This document shows positions 1 to 7,737 of a stretch of 64,000 nt of DNA, piece by piece. A program made the position numbers and the translations under genes. How positions within the stretch are numbered: position 1 is the first letter of the stretch; the number at the start of each line of letters is the position of its first letter. The stretch spans positions 1-64,000 of IMG/VR virus record IMGVR_UViG_3300041402_000314. One strand, written 5' to 3'. The notes below the pieces were generated by a model. That model did no database searches. It had not been told where the DNA came from and saw only the letters and a list, made by a program, of their open reading frames with translations.

Positions 1-571
1 TAAGAGGCTTGATGTTAGGGATATTATCAGACTTATCACCGATCATTATCTTGATATCAAGCTGTCTCTGAGGGTCTTCTTCCTCCACGAACTCTTTTTT
101 CATAGGGTCATATAGGGAGACACCATCATGCTTCAATAGTTGAACATAGTCCTTATCAGAAGTCACGATAACACTTTTACCATTAGCTGGTAACATTCTT
201 GAAAGAACACCAATAATATCATCGGCTTCTACCCAATTTATGCGAATGATTTTGAACGGAAAAGACTTCTTGATATCTGCCGTGAACTCATCCATATAAG
301 CATAGTATTTATCCCAAGGGAAAACGTCTTGGTCGCGCTTATCTTTCCTATGAGCCTTATAATCAGCAAAGATTTTCTTTCGCCAGTAATTCTTACCGTC
401 CACCGCTATAATTATTTCAGTCGGCCTAAATTTCTTTATATTATAGAACAGGGAATTCATTACCCTATGCTTATGTAATTTGAAATCTGGATTAGGGTCA
501 TTAATAAGACTCATATCAGCAAATAAAGTACGGATACAAAGATGGTTATAGTCTATATAGAGTCTGGACAT
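1..571 (-). CDS. rnh: T4 RNase H-like 5'-3' exonuclease (FEN1/PIN fold), truncated by the window edge
   Basis: Not in the ORF track. Manual translation from ATG at 571: MSRLYIDYNHL...AVDGKNYWRKKIFADYKAHRK...VEADDIIG...VTSDKDYVQL...IGDKSDNIP; these are the acidic motifs of T4 RNase H. Confidence 0.9.
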   Translation of the reverse strand, partial: MSRLYIDYNHLCIRTLFADMSLINDPNPDFKLHKHRVMNSLFYNIKKFRPTEIIIAVDGKNYWRKKIFADYKAHRKDKRDQDVFPWDKYYAYMDEFTADIKKSFPFKIIRINWVEADDIIGVLSRMLPANGKSVIVTSDKDYVQLLKHDGVSLYDPMKKEFVEEEDPQRQLDIKIMIGDKSDNIPNIKPL

Positions 572-1026
572 TAAGCTAGATTCTCCCTTACTATTTTACT
601 AGCAAGTTTACCATCAAACATACCATCATAATTTTCTTTGATTAGACCCATCACTTTACCCATATCTTTCATAGATGAAAATCCTGAAGTCTCTATAATG
701 TCGTTAATAATGACAGTCAGCTCATCTTCCCTGAGTTGTATAGGGAGATATACGGAAAATAGTAATTTCTCGGCCTCGCATTCGGCAATTTCTACCGTAA
801 GGCTTTCATTTCCATTTTTCTTTTCCATCACTTTAATGGTCTCATCGATGCCTTTGATAAACTTCTTCACAGTCTGAATGACCTCGGCATCAGTAGAGAT
901 TCTATTAGCATCGTTCTTACCGATCATAGATGCTTCTGAATATAGGGTAGTAAGCGCAGTGGCTTTATCGGTCTCTCTTGCCTTTCTAGCTACAAGAGAG
1001 TCTTCTTTGATTTGATCTATTAACAT
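571..1026 (-). CDS. GatB/YqeY domain protein
   Basis: Helical protein with YLPIQL..DEL and MKDMGKVMG..K motifs of YqeY. ATG at 1026 follows an AGGAG RBS; the ORF track start at 1062 lies next to the promoter -10. Confidence 0.85.
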   Translation of the reverse strand: MLIDQIKEDSLVARKARETDKATALTTLYSEASMIGKNDANRISTDAEVIQTVKKFIKGIDETIKVMEKKNGNESLTVEIAECEAEKLLFSVYLPIQLREDELTVIINDIIETSGFSSMKDMGKVMGLIKENYDGMFDGKLASKIVRENLA

Positions 1027-1065
1027 TATAATCACTCCTAAACGAATATTCACATAATCCAATAC

Positions 1066-1094
1066 ATTATACCAAAAAGGTATGATGTTGTCAA
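1066..1094 (-). promoter_or_regulatory. sigma70-type early promoter
   Basis: TTGACA-17 nt-TATAAT with TG at the extended -10 position. Confidence 0.85.
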
Positions 1095-1097
1095 GTT

Positions 1098-1310
1098 TTA
1101 CTTATTATCCAATATGGCTATCCCCAAACATAACAGTATAGCTATTACAAAGAGGAAAGCTACGCCACCAAAGAATAATACAAATGGTAGCCATAGCGGA
1201 GATAATACCCATAACCATGACCAATCTATTGTCTCAGTAACCTTTAAGATAATAAAAATTAAGGTTAAAGGGATAGTTGGTAAGGTTATTACTACTTTAT
1301 TATTTTGCAT
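1098..1310 (-). CDS. small membrane protein
   Basis: Two hydrophobic segments and an IDWSWLWVLSPLW motif seen in small phage membrane proteins. Confidence 0.7.
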   Translation of the reverse strand: MQNNKVVITLPTIPLTLIFIILKVTETIDWSWLWVLSPLWLPFVLFFGGVAFLFVIAILLCLGIAILDNK

Positions 1311-1566
1311 TTCTCTGGATTTCTACTTTAGCACCAGCTACCATGCTTTTCTTGAGACACTTACAGAGAATATGATTCCTAGATTCTACCTGTATAGCGG
1401 TATAACCTCTACCATAACACTTATTACAGTTGGCCTTTGGCTTAAACTTCTTTACGGTCTCTTCAAACTCCTTTGCTTCCAAGAAAGATGGAATAAAGCT
1501 TTCTACATCCATTAAGTCCTTAACTGCGTCCAACATACTATTCATTTTACTCGGTGCTTCTACCAT
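1300..1566 (-). CDS. hypothetical protein with CxxC zinc motif
   Basis: CNKCYGRG...CKC; overlaps neighbours in operon fashion. Confidence 0.6.
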   Translation of the reverse strand: MVEAPSKMNSMLDAVKDLMDVESFIPSFLEAKEFEETVKKFKPKANCNKCYGRGYTAIQVESRNHILCKCLKKSMVAGAKVEIQRNAK

Positions 1567-1981
1567 TTTCTTCCTCCGTTTTGTTTACATAATTGGCTAC
1601 ATCACCTAAAGTTGTACACCATTTACCGCCATTCTTTTCAATCATTTTACCAACCGCAGTGAGAGACCTGAATTGACCCGCATCAAAAAACTTAGTTCCG
1701 TTAAAGTCTGTTATAATAGGCTCGGTAAGAAAACAGAAAATAGTCTTCTCAGGTCTTTTATTCGAGTCATCCGTGACTTCTGCTATCGAATAAACTCCAG
1801 TCATTTCAGGAGTAATCACATATAGAACAAAATCACATGATTCTCTTTGTTTGATCTCTTCCGCCATACAATCTGGAGTCCAATCATCTACCACTGGATT
1901 GAAATAATCAATTGTAAGCATAGGTATTAATTTCTCTCTCCACGTACTGTTATTACATGTCCCTCCGAGGAAGACTTTCAT
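1547..1981 (-). CDS. nucleoside 2-deoxyribosyltransferase-like protein
   Basis: N-terminal KVFLGGTC..STWRE, YFNP, and SIAEV motif with catalytic-type Glu. Confidence 0.75.
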   Translation of the reverse strand: MKVFLGGTCNNSTWREKLIPMLTIDYFNPVVDDWTPDCMAEEIKQRESCDFVLYVITPEMTGVYSIAEVTDDSNKRPEKTIFCFLTEPIITDFNGTKFFDAGQFRSLTAVGKMIEKNGGKWCTTLGDVANYVNKTEEENGRSTE

Positions 1982-1992
1982 ATTTTATCTCC

Positions 1993-2709
1993 TTATATCT
2001 CCGTACAGATTACTTGAATTATTTCTCTACTAGGCATTAATATAGCCGTTAGTTTAGCACCTTCTATCTTACCACATGCGGTATCAATATTTATAGCAGC
2101 TAATTCATCAAGTCTTTTGATATGCTGGACTTCATGATCAGGAGTATGGCCTATTACTTGTATTTTATCCATAACCGCCAATTCATCTCTATTCCACATT
2201 AAATCCATGTTGCTTTTATCGGTTCCGTCATCCCATTTTCCTACCATAAATTCACCAGTAGCTCTCATTGGATGAATACCAGCATGAGAAAGAATGAAAT
2301 CATCGGTCTCTATAAAAATAGGCATCGATAATAGGTATTCCATATGGTCATCAGGTACTTGACAATTAGAACTAATAGTATAGCTCCCATACATATCAGG
2401 CACTTCAAAGGATTCACCACCGTAACTTCTTATGGTTTTATCACCACCATTCATTTCAAAGATACTTTCATCATATTCCTTTGTACCATTAAGGAAGTCG
2501 AGAAACATATCTTCATGATTTCCTCGGACGGCCTTGATATTATTATCCATACAAAGCTGTACAACTCCCTTAGAGTCTGGTCCTCGGTCTACTAGGTCTC
2601 CTACAGAGTATATTTGCTTGATGTCATCAGGAAGAGCATCTAAGAGCCTCTGGAGAGCATCTATACATCCATGTATATCACCTATCACGGCAGTCCTATT
2701 CATTATCAT
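1993..2709 (-). CDS. metallophosphoesterase, PPP/NinI-like Ser/Thr phosphatase
   Basis: GDIHG, GDLVDRG, RGNHE, HAG, GHTP and IDTAC motifs. Confidence 0.9.
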   Translation of the reverse strand: MIMNRTAVIGDIHGCIDALQRLLDALPDDIKQIYSVGDLVDRGPDSKGVVQLCMDNNIKAVRGNHEDMFLDFLNGTKEYDESIFEMNGGDKTIRSYGGESFEVPDMYGSYTISSNCQVPDDHMEYLLSMPIFIETDDFILSHAGIHPMRATGEFMVGKWDDGTDKSNMDLMWNRDELAVMDKIQVIGHTPDHEVQHIKRLDELAAINIDTACGKIEGAKLTAILMPSREIIQVICTEI

Positions 2710-2896
2710 TTCCCTTTAATTTAAAACCAATGATTTCACCAGTTCCTATCCACGTTTCCCTATATTCATATCGACCTATTTTCTTTACTAAGTCCTCATT
2801 ACCGCACTCAGGACATACTTCGTGTTCCCAAACTTTTTCAAACCAGCCACAATCACATGTTGATGTCTTTACGTATTTTCCTAAACTGCTCTTCAT
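2696..2896 (-). CDS. small zinc-ribbon protein
   Basis: CDCG...CPECG. Confidence 0.55.
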   Translation of the reverse strand: MKSSLGKYVKTSTCDCGWFEKVWEHEVCPECGNEDLVKKIGRYEYRETWIGTGEIIGFKLKGNDNE

Positions 2897-2915
2897 TCTC
2901 TATCTTCCTTATATT

Positions 2916-2989
2916 TGGAGCTGGCGATGAGATTTGAACTCACATATCAAGGGTTGCAGCCAAGCACCTAGCCATTCGGACACACCAGC
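2916..2989 (-). tRNA. tRNA-Cys(GCA)
   Basis: Cloverleaf; loop CTGCAAC; U73; encoded CCA. Confidence 0.9.
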
Positions 2990-3148
2990 TTATTTTTAAT
3001 ATACCTTCTTATAAAATCTCCAAAATATCTTATCATAGGAGATAGGGGTTTCATCACCATCCCATTCAACAAACATCATTGCTGGAAAAACCAATTCATC
3101 TTTTATGGTTGATACTTTCTTACCAGTATAAAAGAAATATTTCTTCAT

Positions 3149-3403
3149 TTATTTCTCCGTTTCGATTATCGCAAATACTAAAGCGTTTCCAAATTCTATT
3201 ATCCAAGTACCGTCTTCGGTTATGTCCGTATCTGGGATTCTTTTATTTATAGCACTCCACAAACTATATTTAGCCTGTCTGGTGTCCTCTTTTCTATATT
3301 CGTCCCATAGTCTCCATAACGTTTTTGCATCGGTATCATAAAACTTAAAAATCCTTGGTTCGAATTTTTTCTCTTCCTTCTTTCTCTTCAGAAATTCAAA
3401 CAT
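3149..3403 (-). CDS. hypothetical protein
   Basis: 84 aa ORF with GGAGAG RBS. Confidence 0.6.
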   Translation of the reverse strand: MFEFLKRKKEEKKFEPRIFKFYDTDAKTLWRLWDEYRKEDTRQAKYSLWSAINKRIPDTDITEDGTWIIEFGNALVFAIIETEK

Positions 3404-3651
3404 CTATCTCTCCATTTATATGTATAAACCAAATCCTAGAACTGCTATCATAACGCCTAGAGCTATCATAACTCCTAGAACTTTAACTACTACCATCGCT
3501 TCTTTCACTTTCTTTATCCTCGTTATTTTAAATTGTGTCGCGGTAAGTGTGTTTTCAAGACAACCTATCCGCCTCCCTCCCTAAAGGTGAACGATTTGTA
3601 TGAGATGTTTCAGGGACGATCTCAATTTTGTCATTCCAAATTATGAAGTAT

Positions 3652-3680
3652 ATTATACCAAATCAGTTATCATTTGTCAA
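3652..3680 (-). promoter_or_regulatory. sigma70-type early promoter
   Basis: TTGACA-17-TATAAT. Confidence 0.85.
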
Positions 3681-4351
3681 GTTATATTTTTCTTATTATT
3701 TCTTCTATTGTTAGCTTGTTCTTCATCCGTAGCCCATCTACAATTTGATGGTTCATAATTGCCGTCATTGTCTATCCTATCTATAGACAATCCCACTGGT
3801 CTTTCTCCCATATCTTCTAAGAAATTGATAATACCATCTTTAGATAACCATCTCTCACAAATTGTAATTCCTCTACCACCATAATCTTTATATGCTTTAG
3901 TTTTTTTATTATAGCATCTCGTTTTCATACCATGTAATGTGCGATATTCCACAGTATTTCTTTTTCCGTGAATAATCGAATGGGTATTAAGTTTTTCTTT
4001 ATGTAAACATCCACATGATTTAGTCGCTCCTGTTCTAACTTTGGTTGCTTGGGTTATTATATTACCACCACATTCACATTCGAACAACCAATCCATATGT
4101 TTATATCTACGAGGTGTTGGTTTAATCGCTGTTAATTTGTTAAACTTCTGACCCGTTATATCTCTTTTCTCTCTATCTATACACCCACATGATTTTATAT
4201 TACCTCGTTTGATAAGTTTCATGTCTTTAACAACTTCATTTCCACAATCACATTTTAATAACCAGAATGTCTTTTTATTTTCTCGGTAAGAAAAATCAAC
4301 AGCCGTTAATCTACCAAACTTTTGACTAGTATAATCTTTCCTAGGTGGCAT
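3677..4351 (-). CDS. HNH-type homing endonuclease (YGGRGI family)
   Basis: Two N-terminal (G/S)QKFxxLT..CxCG repeats, [39 protein letters not shown]. Confidence 0.85.
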   Translation of the reverse strand: MPPRKDYTSQKFGRLTAVDFSYRENKKTFWLLKCDCGNEVVKDMKLIKRGNIKSCGCIDREKRDITGQKFNKLTAIKPTPRRYKHMDWLFECECGGNIITQATKVRTGATKSCGCLHKEKLNTHSIIHGKRNTVEYRTLHGMKTRCYNKKTKAYKDYGGRGITICERWLSKDGIINFLEDMGERPVGLSIDRIDNDGNYEPSNCRWATDEEQANNRRNNKKNIT

Positions 4352-4363
4352 AATTAATCCTTC

Positions 4364-5029
4364 TTATTTTTTCTTAGATCGTCTCTTATTGTTCTCTTGC
4401 TCTTTTTTGGTAGCCCACCTACAGTTGGAAGGTTCATAGTTACCATCATTATATATTCTGTCAATGGACAATCCTTCTGGTCTCTCACCCATATCTTCTA
4501 AGAAATTAACAAAACCGTCTTTACCTAACCATCTTTCACAAACTGTTATCCCTCTACCACCATAGTTTTTATATCCAGTTGCCTTTTCATTAGCACATCT
4601 CTGTTTCATACTACCCCAACTAATGTATGTTCTGGTGCGAATAGCACCATGTTTATAATTAGGATTTACACAACCACAAGTTTTCTTTTCACCTTTTCTT
4701 AATGCGTTACTTCTAGTGGTTATTTTATTCCCACAATCACATATACATTTCCAATATACCGCACCAAAATTATTTTTATGAGAAAATTCAACAGCAGTCA
4801 ATTTACCAAATTTCTGTCCAGATATGTCTAATCTTTTAGGTATACACCCACAAGATTTCGTAAATCCTCTTCGTAAAGAAGCTCCAGCAATATTTTTTTC
4901 ATTTCCACAATCACATAGGCATTTCCAGTAAGCTTTTTTATGTTTGCTGAAATGAGAAAACTTTATAATAGCCAACTTACCAAACTTTTGTCCAGTATAA
5001 TCTTTAACTCTATACGGTAGTTTGTTCAT
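4364..5029 (-). CDS. HNH-type homing endonuclease, tandem paralog
   Basis: Same architecture as 3677..4351 ([32 protein letters not shown]). Confidence 0.85.
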   Translation of the reverse strand: MNKLPYRVKDYTGQKFGKLAIIKFSHFSKHKKAYWKCLCDCGNEKNIAGASLRRGFTKSCGCIPKRLDISGQKFGKLTAVEFSHKNNFGAVYWKCICDCGNKITTRSNALRKGEKKTCGCVNPNYKHGAIRTRTYISWGSMKQRCANEKATGYKNYGGRGITVCERWLGKDGFVNFLEDMGERPEGLSIDRIYNDGNYEPSNCRWATKKEQENNKRRSKKK

Positions 5030-5035
5030 AATACT

Positions 5036-5230
5036 CTAACCTTTATAACCCAAGTGGGAGTCATATTCTTTACCTTCTTTCTTATTTTGTATTACGTATA
5101 TTTCGTGGGTACAAGACTCACAGCGATAGATAAATTTCAGGGGAGAGGTATAAATGGCTTCACCACTATACCTATATTCGGAACCACATTGACATTGGAT
5201 ATCTAACTTCTCTTCAACAGACATAAACAT
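5036..5230 (-). CDS. small zinc-ribbon protein
   Basis: CQCG...CESC. Confidence 0.5.
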   Translation of the reverse strand: MFMSVEEKLDIQCQCGSEYRYSGEAIYTSPLKFIYRCESCTHEIYVIQNKKEGKEYDSHLGYKG

Positions 5231-5245
5231 TGCTCCTAATCAAAT

Positions 5246-5320
5246 TGGTAGGTGAGGTAGGATTCGAACCTACAATCATATCCTTATGAAAGATACAAGG
5301 CTGACCACAACCACACACCC
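5246..5320 (-). tRNA. tRNA-Met/Ile2(CAT), non-initiator
   Basis: TATCT-TTCATAA-GGATA anticodon arm, TTCGAAT T-loop, CCA; atypical D-arm. Confidence 0.75.
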
Positions 5321-5425
5321 AAAAACATTTATTCATCCTACACAACGGTTGTACTTACCGTCCCTCTAGCCCATGTGACGTATATACGTTAGAGTCCACA
5401 TCCTCGGAAGAATAAAATATCAAAA

Positions 5426-5500
5426 TGGTGGTCTTACCCGGAACCGAACCGAGATTTTGCGATTATCAGTCGCGTGTTCTTCCAGTTGAACTATAAGACC
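5426..5500 (-). tRNA. tRNA-Ile(GAT)
   Basis: Loop CTGATAA; GGTCTTA/TAAGACC acceptor stem; CCA. Confidence 0.9.
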
Positions 5501-5507
5501 GTAAATT

Positions 5508-5579
5508 TGGGAGCGAGGCCAGAAATCGAATCTGGGAATTCGGGATATGAACCCAAATGGAATACCAACTCTCCTCGCG
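5508..5579 (-). tRNA. initiator-like tRNA-fMet(CAT)
   Basis: GGG/CCC in anticodon stem, C1 mismatch, loop TTCATAT, CCA; short D-loop. Confidence 0.75.
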
Positions 5580-5591
5580 ACAATTATTATT

Positions 5592-5667
5592 TGGTACGCC
5601 TACGAGGACTCGAACCTCGATTCTAGGTTTAGAAGACCTATGCCTTATCCTGTTAGACGATAGGCGC
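5592..5667 (-). tRNA. tRNA-Arg(TCT)
   Basis: TAGGT-CTTCTAA-ACCTA; CCA. Confidence 0.92.
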
Positions 5668-5677
5668 ACGATTATTT

Positions 5678-5822
5678 TGGTGTGAGTAGGGGGAATTAAA
5701 CCCATCATGCAACTACTAAGAGTGATCAAGCTCCTTTCGCCAACCTCCCTGCTTCGTCGCGAGAGCGCACATTGTATATGTCTCCCATTGTATCCACAGT
5801 GTACTACCTGTACTTTACCCAC
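5678..5822 (-). ncRNA. 145 nt tRNA-like RNA with ~70 nt insertion replacing the anticodon arm
   Basis: GTGGGTA/TACTCAC-A-CCA acceptor, GTAC-AGGTA-GTAC D-like arm, degenerate GGG-TTTAATT-CCC T-arm; no 7 nt anticodon loop found. Confidence 0.55.
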
Positions 5823-5928
5823 ACATTTATTTTAATGGGCGGTAAGTCTTGGCTCTTAACCGATGGCATATTCATACCTCCTCTTTAAAGTTGGTTGCAA
5901 ATGCACTTACCGCCCGATTTTATTTTTG

Positions 5929-6001
5929 TGCGTCTGGTGGGAGTCGAACCCACTACCGTTGGTTTTAGAAACCACGACTCTAGCCGTTGAGTTACAGACG
6001 C
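5929..6001 (-). tRNA. amber suppressor tRNA(CTA)
   Basis: Canonical spacing GCGTCTG-TA-ACTC-AACGGCTA-GAGT-C-GTGGT-TTCTAAA-ACCAA-CGGTA-GTGGG-TTCGACT-CCCAC-CAGACGC-A places CTA at positions 34-36; CCA not fully encoded. Confidence 0.85.
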
Positions 6002-6008
6002 GAACTAA

Positions 6009-6302
6009 TTAAATTAATCTCATACTCTTAAAATGATCATTGTTTCCAAGACTAGCTATAGCAGTCATTTGATCGCCTATATCAGGCTCTCTGAAACTTA
6101 TGTGACATATTCTATCACACTCCAACTTCTTTGTCAAGCTAATTAATTCGTTCTCGTCTCTAATACTTAAATAGACTAGGGTTCCGTTATCCCAATCAGT
6201 GTCGCGGTTGCGAAGGACATACTCAGCTAAAGCATGACCTCCCTGTACCGCCTGTTGGGATTTACTTAAGTCCTTACGCACCACAACATACAGCTTCTTC
6301 AT
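6009..6302 (-). CDS. peptidyl-tRNA hydrolase type 2-like protein
   Basis: KLYVVVRKDL..QQAVQGGHA and FREPDIGDQMTAIA match the phage Pth2-like family. Confidence 0.8.
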   Translation of the reverse strand: MKKLYVVVRKDLSKSQQAVQGGHALAEYVLRNRDTDWDNGTLVYLSIRDENELISLTKKLECDRICHISFREPDIGDQMTAIASLGNNDHFKSMRLI

Positions 6303-6579
6303 TTACTACCTCCCTTGGCTCTATGCTCATCTTTATTTGATTAACATAGGTCATGTTTGGAGCATTACCATTCCGAATATCAGATTCAATTTCTTCCATT
6401 GATCTACCTCTCAGAAGGCAATAAGCTATATGGTGATGCCTAGCTTCGTATCTAAGCCTCAGAAGACCTTCTACGTAGCCATATTCAGACCCTTTTCTGA
6501 GTCCTTTCTTTTCTTTGATCTCTTTAGCGAGACCTTTAATATGTTGCTTTAATTCTATAAATTTCATGTTGTTCTCCAT
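6274..6579 (-). CDS. conserved phage hypothetical protein
   Basis: EARHHHIAYCLLRGRSMEEIE; directly upstream of the Pth2-like gene. Confidence 0.65.
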   Translation of the reverse strand: MENNMKFIELKQHIKGLAKEIKEKKGLRKGSEYGYVEGLLRLRYEARHHHIAYCLLRGRSMEEIESDIRNGNAPNMTYVNQIKMSIEPREVVNEEAVCCGA

Positions 6580-6785
6580 CGTTAAGGTTAAAGATATAGT
6601 TAAATTTCCATATACCCTTACTCTGGAGGACTTCTTTCATTATAACTCTAAAGCATTATTTTCTCCTTTTAAAAGTTTGTTGATCGCTTCTTTAGCTTCA
6701 GCGAGTTTCTTAACATCCGAAAGCTCATCTAAAGACTCTTGTAATTCCTTTGAAAAACTGTATGTAGCGGAATCTGGATATGTGC

Positions 6786-6992
6786 TTACTTTAGGTCTAA
6801 ACATCGTTTATTCCTCTTGTATTTTATACCTTTCCAGAATTCACAATTTTTACCGCTATCGATATCGGTTCTACAATCATGATACTCACATATACCGCTA
6901 TTACCTTTCATATGTTTCATTCTGGTAAAATCTATACAATTTCCACAATTTTTACGTTTCATATGAACTTTTGATATGAACGATATCCTCAA
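6786..6992 (-). CDS. small Cys-rich protein
   Basis: CGNC..CEYHDC..CEFW. Confidence 0.45.
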   Translation of the reverse strand: MRISFISKVHMKRKNCGNCIDFTRMKHMKGNSGICEYHDCRTDIDSGKNCEFWKGIKYKRNKRCLDLK

Positions 6993-7167
6993 GAAATGTA
7001 TTTTCTTTACCGTTGAAATAATTAGCAGCGTTTGTTACGGCTTTAATCATAGCTTCATCATCACCTCTACAAGGATAACCTCCTTCAATATGTTTGTTAA
7101 TTTCTTTTAATATTACATCCAACTCTTCTAACTGTGATTCTGTTATTTCATCATTGCTTATATCCAT
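6952..7167 (-). CDS. hypothetical protein
   Basis: 71 aa ORF with AAGGA RBS. Confidence 0.55.
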   Translation of the reverse strand: MDISNDEITESQLEELDVILKEINKHIEGGYPCRGDDEAMIKAVTNAANYFNGKENTFLEDIVHIKSSYET

Positions 7168-7186
7168 AACACAATTCCTTAAATTT

Positions 7187-7262
7187 TGGTAGCGAAGATC
7201 GGATTCGAACCGATGATTCTCGCCTTATGAGGACGATGAGATGACCACTTCTCTACTTCGCG
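7187..7262 (-). tRNA. tRNA(CAT) with initiator-like C1:U72 acceptor
   Basis: CGCGAAG/CTTCGCT-A-CCA; loop CTCATAA; anticodon stem lacks the three G:C pairs of fMet tRNA. Confidence 0.85.
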
Positions 7263-7274
7263 ACATTTAATTGT

Positions 7275-7499
7275 TTATTTATTTTCACTTAACCAAGATA
7301 GAAATTTTTGTAAAAGTTCTTTATTTATACTCCATTCAGTACCTTGATATCCTATTTGTTCCTCTTCATCATCTAAAGTATCTAAATATTCTAATACTTT
7401 AAGAGACACATAATTATTAGAATATTTTTTTATATCCATCTCTACATGATCAGCATATACATCTAAAATTTTTAACTTTTTCTTATCTTTAGCTTTCAT
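7275..7499 (-). CDS. hypothetical protein
   Basis: 74 aa ORF with GGGAG RBS. Confidence 0.55.
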   Translation of the reverse strand: MKAKDKKKLKILDVYADHVEMDIKKYSNNYVSLKVLEYLDTLDDEEEQIGYQGTEWSINKELLQKFLSWLSENK

Positions 7500-7737
7500 A
7501 ATAAACTCCCATCAATTAGATTGTCGAATGCGAGACCAGCCTGTGAAGTCTTCCACCATCAAGGTTGCTTAAACTCGCGTTTTCAGGCTTGTATCCAAGG
7601 TGCTGATTTTGAGTTTTCGACAAAATTTAATTATAGAGAGAGAGTAGGGATTTACTGGAGAGGATTTCCATGCTGTCCATATAACCCTCGAAGTGGCTCT
7701 CAATACCTCTTTATATTCGTATCTTCACCCTGCCCTC

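Noticed and set aside
5466-5822. 118 aa ORF in the track
   Set aside because: It runs through four tRNA or tRNA-like genes, has no RBS and shows RNA-derived composition. Similar track ORFs over tRNAs (13257, 13667, 14601, 20279, 24934, 25812) were also discarded.
5837-5928. HDV-like theta ribozyme at the 3' end of the suppressor tRNA
   Set aside because: The structured element starts 13 nt after the tRNA and is one long-range stem, not the nested double pseudoknot of HDV-like ribozymes.
5929-6001. Pyrrolysine tRNA
   Set aside because: It has a normal 2 nt connector, 5 bp anticodon stem, 5 nt variable loop and A73; tRNA-Pyl features are absent.
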